Assembly (NCBI GenBank): GCA_963805945.1
Contig: CAWDVP010000007.1
Span: forward strand, 1-32,704
DNA from: Vulcanimicrobiota bacterium
GTDB lineage: Bacteria > Vulcanimicrobiota > Vulcanimicrobiia > Eremiobacterales > Eremiobacteraceae
Length of the DNA: 32,704 nucleotides
Reading direction: 5' to 3'
Positions 7,240 to 14,874 of this stretch are shown here, piece after piece. The first letter of the stretch is position 1, and the number at the start of each line of letters is the position of its first letter. The position numbers were made by a program, and so were the translations under genes. Under the pieces are notes generated by a model, which did not search any database, was not told the DNA's origin, and saw only the letters and a list, made by a program, of their open reading frames with translations.

Positions 7240-8763
7240 ATGGCCCTCGCGGTGAACGACTACACGGTGCTGAAGAGCGTGCGCGCGGTCTGCCCGCGTT
7301 GCTTTGCGGAGACACCCGACTTCGATCCGGAGTGGCCGGACGATATCGCGGACGGCCATCTGGTCCGTCGCGGCGATAGCGTGTATGTGCGCCGGATGTG
7401 CCGCCGCGGACACGGCGAGGTGTGGTCGCTCTACGAAGAGGACTACGCGCTGTGGGACTACCTGCAGCAGTGGCGCGTGCCGACGAAGGTCATCAATCCG
7501 GACACGCGCGAACTGTTCCCCGCGCCCACGGGCTACGAGCACGGCCTCGGGCCGGGCCATCTGCAGCACACCTGCATCTTCTTGCTCGACATCACGTCGC
7601 AGTGCAACTTGTCGTGCCCCGCCTGCTATGCCGGCTCGAGTCCCCAGCAGACGCAGTACGTGCCGCTCGACGGCATCAAGCATGCGGTGGAGACGGCGAT
7701 CGCGCGCGAGGGCGGCCACCTCGACGTCGTCATGATCAGCGGCGGCGAGCCGACGGTGCATCCGCAGATCGTGGAGATCCTGCGCGCCATCGCGGCGCTG
7801 CCGGTGACGCGCGTGCTGCTCAACACGAACGGCATCCGCCTCGCCTCCGACGACGGGCTGCTCGCCTTCTTGGCGGAGCACCGCGACCGCATCGAGGTGT
7901 ATCTGCAGTACGACGGCCAGCGCGAAGACACGCAGCGCTATCTGCGCGGCCAGGACCTGCGGCCGATCAAAGAACGCGTGCTCGAACGCCTCTCGGCGCA
8001 CGAGGTGTTCGCGACGCTCGTCATGGTGGTGAGCGAGCAGAACGCCGATCTCATCGGCGCGGTTCTCCACACCGCGTTCGCCACGCCGTACGTGGGCGGC
8101 GTGATGTTCCAGCCGGTGTTCGCCTCGGGCCGCGCGCCCGGCATCGACGGCATGCGGCGGGTGACGACGACGGGCGTGCTGCGCCGCATCGAGACGCAGA
8201 CCGCCGGCCGGGTGAAGGCCCGGGACCTCATCGCGCTGCCTTGCAGCCATCCCGATTGCTGCTCGATCGGCTATTTCCTCAAGGACAAGCACGGCGCTTT
8301 CCACGGGCTCGCGCGCGTGCTCGGCCACGACGTGCTGCGGGCCAATCTCGGCGTCATCGGCAACAGCATCACGTTCTCCGATACGCTGGCGAGCGTGCGC
8401 GACGCGCTCGCCGGCCTCATGTCCGAATCCATGACCTTGTCGCGGCCCGAACTGGTGGGGCATCTGGCGACGCTGTGCAGCAGCTGCGACTTCGGCGGTC
8501 TCACGCAGTTGATCGCCGCGGCGTTCCGCAAAGGCGCATCCCATGAGTTCGTCGGCGCCCGGGTGAAACGCGTGACCATCAAGCATTTCATGGATGCGGA
8601 CACGCTCATCGCCGAGCGGCTCGAGCAGTGCTGCGTCCATGTGGGCAGCGCGGGCAACGACCCGGTGCGCATGCCGTTCTGCGCGGCGCGGCTCTTTCCA
8701 AAAGTGCGGGCGAAGGCGCTCGAAGGCTCGACGACTCGCGCGGCCGTAGCGCCGCACACCTGA
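7240..8763 (+). CDS. Radical SAM enzyme of the Tes/GDGT-MAS (MJ0619, COG1964)-like family
   Basis: CNLSCPAC (CX3CX2C), SGGEPTVHP, LNTNG. N-terminal CPRC...CRRGHG metal site. C-terminal KHFMD...ERLEQCCVH...PFCA. Alternative start GTG 7231. Confidence 0.85.
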   Translation: MALAVNDYTVLKSVRAVCPRCFAETPDFDPEWPDDIADGHLVRRGDSVYVRRMCRRGHGEVWSLYEEDYALWDYLQQWRVPTKVINPDTRELFPAPTGYEHGLGPGHLQHTCIFLLDITSQCNLSCPACYAGSSPQQTQYVPLDGIKHAVETAIAREGGHLDVVMISGGEPTVHPQIVEILRAIAALPVTRVLLNTNGIRLASDDGLLAFLAEHRDRIEVYLQYDGQREDTQRYLRGQDLRPIKERVLERLSAHEVFATLVMVVSEQNADLIGAVLHTAFATPYVGGVMFQPVFASGRAPGIDGMRRVTTTGVLRRIETQTAGRVKARDLIALPCSHPDCCSIGYFLKDKHGAFHGLARVLGHDVLRANLGVIGNSITFSDTLASVRDALAGLMSESMTLSRPELVGHLATLCSSCDFGGLTQLIAAAFRKGASHEFVGARVKRVTIKHFMDADTLIAERLEQCCVHVGSAGNDPVRMPFCAARLFPKVRAKALEGSTTRAAVAPHT

Positions 8764-8764
8764 T

Positions 8765-8790
8765 GTAGGGGCCGATCTTTAGATCGGCCC
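8765..8790 (+). repeat. GTAG-type REP, family A
   Basis: GTAG-GGGCCGATCT-TT-AGATCGGCCC hairpin; related copies at 23142-23205 and 27425-27490. Confidence 0.8.
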
Positions 8791-8792
8791 GT

Positions 8793-8816
8793 GGAGCGGT
8801 CGAATTCATTCGACCG
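8793..8816 (+). repeat. REP, family B
   Basis: GGAG-CGGTCGAAT-TC-ATTCGACCG; related copies at 9388, 29370 and 31114. Confidence 0.75.
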
Positions 8817-8826
8817 GAACGAGACG

Positions 8827-9102
8827 ATGACCGACACCGAAAGCGTTCTCCCCACCCCGCGCCAACAACGCGGCGAAGAGATCGAAGGCCTGGCGTTCAC
8901 GTTCTGCAAGGCCGCCGCCCTCGCGCTCATCTTCCAGAAGTACACGCTGCTCGCCACGGCGGGCATCGCGACAGTGCTTTACCTCTATGCGGCGTCGTTG
9001 GGCGTGCGCGAATGGCGCTGCTTCGTGAAGCCGCCCTGGGTCGTCATCATCATGGCGGGTCTCACCGCGTTCCAAGTCTACTGGCTCTTCCTGCGGACCT
9101 AA
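8827..9102 (+). CDS. Small membrane protein with two Cys (91 aa)
   Basis: ATG 8827 after the REP pair; hydrophobic helices; FTFCK and WRCF. Confidence 0.75.
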   Translation: MTDTESVLPTPRQQRGEEIEGLAFTFCKAAALALIFQKYTLLATAGIATVLYLYAASLGVREWRCFVKPPWVVIIMAGLTAFQVYWLFLRT

Positions 9103-9105
9103 GCC

Positions 9106-9354
9106 ATGGAAGCGGAGCCGACGAAGCCCTGCCGCACGTGCGGCACCCCGGTCGAGCCCAACGCCGCGTTCTGCCCGCAGTGCGGTGAGCACATGCCGGG
9201 GTATCCGGCGAGCGAAGTGCAGGCGCGCCACAAGCGCGATATGCGCAGCCTCTCTATCGCGCTTGCGGCGTTCCTCGGCTGCGGACTCATCGTGCTCACC
9301 GCGGTCGTGCTAGGCGCGCTCGCGGTGTGCAACGGCTTGACGCACAACCTGTAG
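9106..9354 (+). CDS. Zinc-ribbon membrane protein with C-terminal LGALAVC motif (82 aa)
   Basis: CRTCG-x9-FCPQCG ribbon, one long TM helix, starts 3 nt after the upstream stop. Confidence 0.8.
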   Translation: MEAEPTKPCRTCGTPVEPNAAFCPQCGEHMPGYPASEVQARHKRDMRSLSIALAAFLGCGLIVLTAVVLGALAVCNGLTHNL

Positions 9355-9387
9355 GGCAGTGCGCGGTGGCGGCCGAACGAATCATAT

Positions 9388-9411
9388 ATAGCGGTCGAGC
9401 TTGCTCGACCG
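9388..9411 (+). repeat. REP, family B variant
   Basis: ATAG-CGGTCGAGC-TT-GCTCGACCG; compensatory stem changes relative to other copies. Confidence 0.7.
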
Positions 9412-9448
9412 TGCCCGAGCGCAGCTCGGAGAAGCGTCGGAGCGCAGC

Positions 9449-10141
9449 ATGATCGTGTCAGCGGTGTTCTACGGTCTTGGCTACCTCGCAGGTTTGGCGG
9501 CGTTCGCGCTCATGGCGCGCAAACGCGGGATCGCGACCTCCGGTATTTGGACGCTCATGAGCGCAGGCCTCATCGGCGGTCTCGCCGGCGCGAACATCAC
9601 GCAGCTCCTCGTCACCGGTTCGCCGGGCAAGACCCTGCTCGGCGGCATCATCTTCGGCTACCTCGCGGTCATCATCGCGAAGCGCACGCTTGGCATCACC
9701 CGGCCCACCGGCGACCTGTTCGCGATGGCGCTCGCCGCCGGCGAAGCCGTCGGCCGCTGGGGCTGCTTCTTCGGTTTGTGCTGCTACGGCAAGCTCGCGG
9801 CGAACCTGCCATGGGCGGTCTACGAGCACGGCGCGTATCGCCACCCGACACAAGCCTATCTCGCACTGGCCGCGACAGGCGTCTTCTGCATCCTGTGGCA
9901 GCTGCAGAAGAAACCGCTGCCGGAAAACGCGCTGTTCTACGCCCAAGGGATGCTGTTCTGCGCCGCGCGCTTCGGCATCGAGTTCTTCCGCGAGGCGCCG
10001 GCGATTCTCGGCGGATTCACGCTGGCGCAGCTGGCGTGCACGGCCGGCTTCGTGTTCTTCGCATATAAGATGTACGGACTGCTCGCCGAGAAGGAGCGCG
10101 TGCCATCGCTGACACTTGCGCCAACTGCGGCCACGAGCTAG
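9449..10141 (+). CDS. Divergent prolipoprotein diacylglyceryl transferase (Lgt)-family protein
   Basis: FYGLGY, GKTLLGG, GRWGCFFGLCCYG, LPWAV, RHPTQAY, RFGIEFFRE; GGAG SD before ATG 9449. Confidence 0.85.
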   Translation: MIVSAVFYGLGYLAGLAAFALMARKRGIATSGIWTLMSAGLIGGLAGANITQLLVTGSPGKTLLGGIIFGYLAVIIAKRTLGITRPTGDLFAMALAAGEAVGRWGCFFGLCCYGKLAANLPWAVYEHGAYRHPTQAYLALAATGVFCILWQLQKKPLPENALFYAQGMLFCAARFGIEFFREAPAILGGFTLAQLACTAGFVFFAYKMYGLLAEKERVPSLTLAPTAATS

Positions 10142-10497
10142 CCGCCGGGGCGCTCGTCTGCCCGAACTGCGGCGCCGCCATCCCGACCAAGCCTGGGGAA
10201 GAAGGCGCGGGGACGGTGGTCGCCGGCGCGGTGGGCGGTCTCGCGGTGGGCTGCTTCGTCGGCTTTCTCGTCGGGTTCTCTTTGGTGGCCATCGCCTACT
10301 CGCTCACCTCGCATCTCCTCATGGCGCACAGCAGGCAGCTCGTATCGATAGGCACCGATATCGTCGTGGTGCTGCTCGCCGTTTGGGCTCTCATGGCCGT
10401 CAGAACCAAGCCGCATCGGTATTTCTTGGCGGCCGCGATTATCACGACGACCGTGGTGGCGCTCGGCGCCTTTTCGGTCTGCGGGCCTCAGAACTAA
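10105..10497 (+). CDS. Zinc-ribbon three-TM membrane protein with C-terminal LGAFSVC motif (130 aa), probable ATC start
   Basis: The frame of ORF 10216..10497 extends upstream to encode CANCGHELAAGALVCPNCG. AAGGAG lies 8 nt before in-frame ATC 10105. In-frame stop at 10066-10068. Confidence 0.7.
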   Translation: MADTCANCGHELAAGALVCPNCGAAIPTKPGEEGAGTVVAGAVGGLAVGCFVGFLVGFSLVAIAYSLTSHLLMAHSRQLVSIGTDIVVVLLAVWALMAVRTKPHRYFLAAAIITTTVVALGAFSVCGPQN

Positions 10498-10510
10498 GAA
10501 TCGATCGCCG

Positions 10511-11554
10511 ATGATCCTGCATGGCGACCTCGACGCGTTCTACGCGGCCGTCGCGCAACGCGATGACCCCGCCCTCCGCGGCAAGCCGCTCGTCGTCGCT
10601 GGGCGGAGCCGGCGCGCGGTCGTGCTCACCGCGTCATATGAAGCGCGGCCGTTCGGCATCCGCAGCGCGATGCCGCTGTACCGCGCGCTCCAGAGCTGCC
10701 CCGATCTCATCGTGGTGCCGCCCTCGTTCGACAGCTACCGCGAGGCGAGCCGAGCCGTCTTCGCGATCTTGCGGAGCAGCGCGGCCACGGTCGAAGGGCT
10801 TTCGATGGACGAAGCGTTCTGCGATCTCGGAGAGGTCGCGCTGCCCGCTGCGCTCGCGCTCGGGCGGAAGATCAAAGATGACGTGCGCGCCGCAACAGGC
10901 TTGACGATGTCGATCGGCATCGCGAGCGGCAAGATCGTGGCGAAGATCGCGAGCGACGACGGGAAACCCGATGGGCTGGTCGGGGTACCCCCTGGCACCG
11001 AGGCCGCGTACCTCGCGTCGAAACCGATCGGCCGGCTGTGGGGGATCGGCCCGAAGACCGAAGCGCGGCTGAACGCGCGGGGCATCGAGCGCATCGAGCA
11101 GATCGCCGCGCTCGATGACGGCGCCGTGCACGCGCTGTTCGGGCGCTGGGGCAAGGACGTGCGCGAGATGGCGCGCGGCGTCGATCACCGCAGGGTGAGC
11201 GAGGGCGATGGCGTGCGATCGATCTCGAGCGAAGAGACGTTCGAACACGACGTCGCCAGCATCGACGAGCTGCTTCGCATCGTCCGGGTCCAAGCCGACG
11301 AGATCGCCGAGCGTCTCAAGAGGAAACAGCTGTGCGCGTATACGGTCGGCGTCAAGGTGAAGCTCTCGGATTTCTCGCTCGTCGGGCGCCAGACGTCGCT
11401 CGCACAGCCCACCGACGACGCGCGGATCATCAACGCCGCCGCTGCCTTTTGCCTGCGCCGCGCGGATCCGCCCAAACCGGTGCGGCTAATCGGGGTGCGG
11501 GTCGCGTCGCTCGTGCAACGGGAAGCGCGCCAAATCGGGTTGTTCGGATCTTAG
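10511..11554 (+). CDS. dinB: DNA polymerase IV (Y family)
   Basis: HGDLDAFYAAV, ASYEARPFGIRSAMP, SMDEAF, KIASDDGKPDG, LWGIG. Confidence 0.93.
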   Translation: MILHGDLDAFYAAVAQRDDPALRGKPLVVAGRSRRAVVLTASYEARPFGIRSAMPLYRALQSCPDLIVVPPSFDSYREASRAVFAILRSSAATVEGLSMDEAFCDLGEVALPAALALGRKIKDDVRAATGLTMSIGIASGKIVAKIASDDGKPDGLVGVPPGTEAAYLASKPIGRLWGIGPKTEARLNARGIERIEQIAALDDGAVHALFGRWGKDVREMARGVDHRRVSEGDGVRSISSEETFEHDVASIDELLRIVRVQADEIAERLKRKQLCAYTVGVKVKLSDFSLVGRQTSLAQPTDDARIINAAAAFCLRRADPPKPVRLIGVRVASLVQREARQIGLFGS

Positions 11555-12537
11555 TCGGGCGCCTCGGCGCGCCAGCGGCGCACGAGATCAGCTGCCGCCT
11601 CGCGCCACTGCGGGAATTTGAACACGAACCCCGGCTCAAGCAGCCGGGTGGGTACGACTCGACGGCTCTTCAGGACGAGCTCTGACTCCGTGCTCAAGAA
11701 GAACGTGGCTATCTCGAGCATCCATTCGGTGGCCGGCAGCCCGATGCGAGCGCCCCACGCCTCGCGCAGCACGCGCATGAACTCCCGATTCGGCAAGGGG
11801 TTCGGAGAAGAGATGTTCACGACGCCATCGATGTCTTCTCTGCCGATGAGGAACGCGACAGCGCGCGCGAGGTCCACATCGTGCACCCAAGACATGAATT
11901 GCTTGCCCGACCCAACGCTACCGCCCAGCCCTCGTCGCACCAAGCCCAGCAGGATGTCGAACGTACCTGCGTGCTGTGGACCCATCACGATCGCGCAGCG
12001 GAGAGCGATCTTGCGCGTGTGCGGGGCGGCCGACGTGAAGAAAGCGTCTTCCCAGCTCTTGACGACGTCGATGCTGAAGCGCCAGGTCTTAGGGGCGTTC
12101 GCCTCATCCCCACCGATATCGCCGGTGGCCTCGTCCATCGCACGATCCAACGCATGACGGTAGATCGTTGCGGTGCTGGCGTTCATCCATACAGCCGGCG
12201 GTCTAGCGGCGGCGGAGATCGCCTGCCCGACGAGCCGAGTGGTGATCGTGCGCGACTCCATGATGATGCGCTTGTTCTCTGCAGTATAGCGGCAGTTCAC
12301 GCTACGTCCCGCGAGGTTTATCACGACGTCGGCGCCGTCAACAGTTTCGGCCCACGGCCCAAGCGTACGGCCATCCCAGGCGATGCAGCGCCACGGCGTT
12401 TGCGATGGAGGTTTGCGCGAGACGACGGTGACATTGTTGCCGGCGGCATGAAAATGATTTGCTAGGATTTCACCGATCTGACCGCTGCCTCCGGGAATAA
12501 CGACTCGGAGGGGTTTTGATGGGCGGTGAAATTGCAT
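11551..12537 (-). CDS. TIGR01777/YfcH-family NAD(P)-dependent epimerase-like protein (DUF1731 C-terminus)
   Basis: GGSGQIG, VINLAGRSV, GSGKQFMSWVH, KSRRVVPTRLL. Confidence 0.88.
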   Translation of the reverse strand: MQFHRPSKPLRVVIPGGSGQIGEILANHFHAAGNNVTVVSRKPPSQTPWRCIAWDGRTLGPWAETVDGADVVINLAGRSVNCRYTAENKRIIMESRTITTRLVGQAISAAARPPAVWMNASTATIYRHALDRAMDEATGDIGGDEANAPKTWRFSIDVVKSWEDAFFTSAAPHTRKIALRCAIVMGPQHAGTFDILLGLVRRGLGGSVGSGKQFMSWVHDVDLARAVAFLIGREDIDGVVNISSPNPLPNREFMRVLREAWGARIGLPATEWMLEIATFFLSTESELVLKSRRVVPTRLLEPGFVFKFPQWREAAADLVRRWRAEAPD

Positions 12538-12539
12538 CG

Positions 12540-13382
12540 CTAGCTCGGATGACCGGCATGAGCCAAAGGACGGAGATACAAGAGTGTGAACAGCACGAAA
12601 TTGACGACGCCATGGGTCGCGATCGGTGCCCAGATGTTACGAGCACGATAGTAGACCCATGCTTGGAATAGGCCAAACGTTGTCAGGGTCGGCAGAGCAT
12701 ACGGTTCGAAGTGCCAGAGCCCGAAGAGGATTGAGCTTGCCAGTGCGGCCGGCAGTGGCGCCATTCGCTGCGCGAGCCCCGCGAAGAGCAGGCCCCTGAA
12801 TAGGGTCTCCTCCGCTATAGGCGACACTAACGAAGCTTGAAGTATGTCGAGCGCGTACGCGAGCGGACCATGATGTCCGGCGATGATGCGGGGCCACGGG
12901 CCTACGTGCGAGCCTACGAAATGGGTCCAGATCCATTGGACGATTCCAGCGGCGAACAATGCAAGGATGCCGACACCCGCTCCGAAGCCGATCTGCGACG
13001 CGGTGGGTTTGATAAAGCCTAACGAGCGCATGGAGCTCGCTGGCAAGAGCCCACGCAGGCAGTACACAGTCGCGACTGCTGCAAGCGAGCGAATTGATAC
13101 CGCGACAGAAACCTTGACGGGACTCTCGACGGCCGCCAGAAGCATGGGATCGTGGCGCATCTTACTCAGGAGCGCGATAAGGCCTGGGAGACTGCGCGCC
13201 TCCGGATACATCCATGCGGCGATCGCCCAGTCGGCCAGCGCGTTCGACAAAAACAGGGCGACGATGCCGGCAATAAACACGATCGCAAGGCCCCAGCCGC
13301 GCCACGCGCCGGCTTGGAATGCCGCTTGCTCGAGGACTCGGTTGCCTGCCATGGGCGAAACCGCTGCGTCAGACACGTCCAC
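12540..13382 (-). CDS. CPBP (CAAX/Abi) family intramembrane glutamic endopeptidase
   Basis: EETLFRG, FGLWH, HGVVN motifs. Start uncertain (alternative ATG 13352). Confidence 0.88.
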   Translation of the reverse strand: MDVSDAAVSPMAGNRVLEQAAFQAGAWRGWGLAIVFIAGIVALFLSNALADWAIAAWMYPEARSLPGLIALLSKMRHDPMLLAAVESPVKVSVAVSIRSLAAVATVYCLRGLLPASSMRSLGFIKPTASQIGFGAGVGILALFAAGIVQWIWTHFVGSHVGPWPRIIAGHHGPLAYALDILQASLVSPIAEETLFRGLLFAGLAQRMAPLPAALASSILFGLWHFEPYALPTLTTFGLFQAWVYYRARNIWAPIATHGVVNFVLFTLLYLRPLAHAGHPS

Positions 13383-13581
13383 CTACGAGTCGAGGGTCAA
13401 CCAGTCGAGTCCTGCATTCCAAGGTCAGTATGCGCGGCACGCGAGCAAAGGCTGATCAAATGGTTCACGTTGGCTCCGCCACCGATCCGGGGTAATCGTG
13501 TCGACCGGCCATGTGGTCCAAATAGTAACGCAGCGCACGTCCGCGCGAGCGCTCCACACAGGTGGGTGTGAGCCCGCGTGC

Positions 13582-13611
13582 TTGTCCGCCCGCGCAGGCT
13601 GCCGATATACT
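13582..13611 (+). promoter_or_regulatory. Putative sigma70 promoter
   Basis: TTGTCC-N18-TATACT upstream of the 51-aa gene. Confidence 0.4.
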
Positions 13612-13669
13612 AGGCAATGTGGGTTGCGCCTTAGGTTGGGGGACCGTGGGCGTGACCAGGGGGACGGAG

Positions 13670-13825
13670 ATGCCAGTGTGTGATGCGTGCCAAGCCGATC
13701 TGGGAGATGTCTTCGTGATAGAAGACGGCAGCAAGCTGTGCGCTCGCTGCCTCGAGATGGGCCTCGATGACAAGAAGCCCGGCGAAGAACGCTCGCGCCT
13801 GACTCTCGTGCTCGACGAAGAGTAG
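13670..13825 (+). CDS. Small acidic CxxC...CxxC zinc-finger protein (51 aa)
   Basis: MPVCDACQADLGDVFVIEDGSKLCARCLEMG...; purine-rich SD; followed by a terminator. Confidence 0.65.
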   Translation: MPVCDACQADLGDVFVIEDGSKLCARCLEMGLDDKKPGEERSRLTLVLDEE

Positions 13826-13849
13826 CCTCTCGCCGACGCCGCCGAAATC

Positions 13850-13877
13850 AAAGGCCGACCGCAAGGTCGGCCTTTTT
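13850..13877 (+). terminator. Rho-independent terminator
   Basis: AAAGGCCGACC-GCAA-GGTCGGCC-TTTTT. Confidence 0.85.
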
Positions 13878-13896
13878 CGCTGTCTAAGGGGCCTGT

Positions 13897-14874
13897 ATGC
13901 CGGCCGACAGGCTCCCGGTCATCAAGCAGCCGATGCTGCCCACGCTCACCGACACGCCGTTCGACGACGACGAATGGCTGTTCGAGCTCAAGTGGGATGG
14001 CATCCGCGCGATCTGCACCATCCGCGGCAAGGGCGAATGCGAGCTCGTCTCGCGCAACGGTCTCTCGCTCAACAAGAAATTCCCCGAGCTCGACGGCGTC
14101 GAAAAAGAATTCGCGCGAGCGCCGCTCATCGTCGACGGCGAGATCGTGAGCCTCGACACACGAGGGCGCTCGTCGTTCCAACGGCTGCAGCGACGCTTCA
14201 AACCGAAGCCCGGCGCCAAGCCGATTGAGACAGGCACGATCGTCTTCGCCGTCTTCGATCTGCTCTACGACGGCCGATCAGATCTGCGGCGCCGCCCGCT
14301 CGAAGAGCGGAAGGCCGCGCTCGAAAAAGCCATACGATCGGGCGTGAAGCGCGTCATCGTGTCCAAGCACGTGGTCGGCACGGGGAAGAAGCTCTTCGCC
14401 TTGGCGCGGGCGCAATCGCTCGAGGGCATCGTCGCCAAGCGGCGCGACTCCACGTATCAAGAGCGGCGCTCGCGCGATTGGCTCAAGATCAAGACGCACC
14501 TCGAGCAAGAATTCGTGGTCGGCGGCTGGACCGACCCGCAGGGCAGCCGCAAGGGGTTCGGCGCGCTGCTGGTCGGGGTATACGAACGCGGTAAGCTCGT
14601 GTTCTGCGGCGGCGTCGGCAGCGGCTTCGACGGCGAACTGCTGAAATCGATCTCCGCGAAGCTCAAACCCCTGGCGACGCGGACCTGCCCGTTCGATGCG
14701 CCGCCGCCCACCGCGATCGAGAAGACAAGCCATTGGGTGAAGCCGAAGCTGGTCGCCGAAGTGAAATTCGGCGAGTGGACCGCCGAGGGGCTGCTGCGCC
14801 AGCCGGTCTTCCTCGGTCTGCGCACCGACAAAGATCCCAAAGATATCGTCCATGAGAGGCCGGTCGAGCGATGA
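13897..14874 (+). CDS. ligD: LigD-type ATP-dependent DNA ligase (stand-alone ligase domain)
   Basis: ELKWDGIR, DGEIV, FDLL, EGIVAKR, WLKIK, LRQPVFLGLRTDK. Confidence 0.9.
   Translation: MPADRLPVIKQPMLPTLTDTPFDDDEWLFELKWDGIRAICTIRGKGECELVSRNGLSLNKKFPELDGVEKEFARAPLIVDGEIVSLDTRGRSSFQRLQRRFKPKPGAKPIETGTIVFAVFDLLYDGRSDLRRRPLEERKAALEKAIRSGVKRVIVSKHVVGTGKKLFALARAQSLEGIVAKRRDSTYQERRSRDWLKIKTHLEQEFVVGGWTDPQGSRKGFGALLVGVYERGKLVFCGGVGSGFDGELLKSISAKLKPLATRTCPFDAPPPTAIEKTSHWVKPKLVAEVKFGEWTAEGLLRQPVFLGLRTDKDPKDIVHERPVER

Noticed and set aside
5765..8757. Long antisense ORFs (5765..7009, 7096..8757; likewise 14880..16019, 27625..29088)
   Set aside because: Shadow frames of high-GC coding genes with no recognisable motifs.
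7240..8763. Radical SAM enzyme as MoaA, sulfatase maturase or SPASM RiPP maturase
   Set aside because: No SPASM/twitch Cys spacing or MoaA C-terminal GG. The motifs match the Tes/COG1964 family, and the sulfatase is 17 kb away.
8791..8826. Upstream starts GTG 8791 and TTG 9401 given by the ORF track
   Set aside because: Both lie in or next to REP hairpins. ATG 8827 and ATG 9449 are more plausible.
8765..9411. Palindromic repeats as a CRISPR array
   Set aside because: Copies are dispersed and non-identical, have no regular spacers, and no cas genes are present. They fit REPs.
10511..11554. dinB as part of the radical SAM-Lgt system or an imuABC cassette
   Set aside because: Ordinary catalytic DinB motifs, no imuA or dnaE2 nearby, and no evident functional link beyond adjacency.
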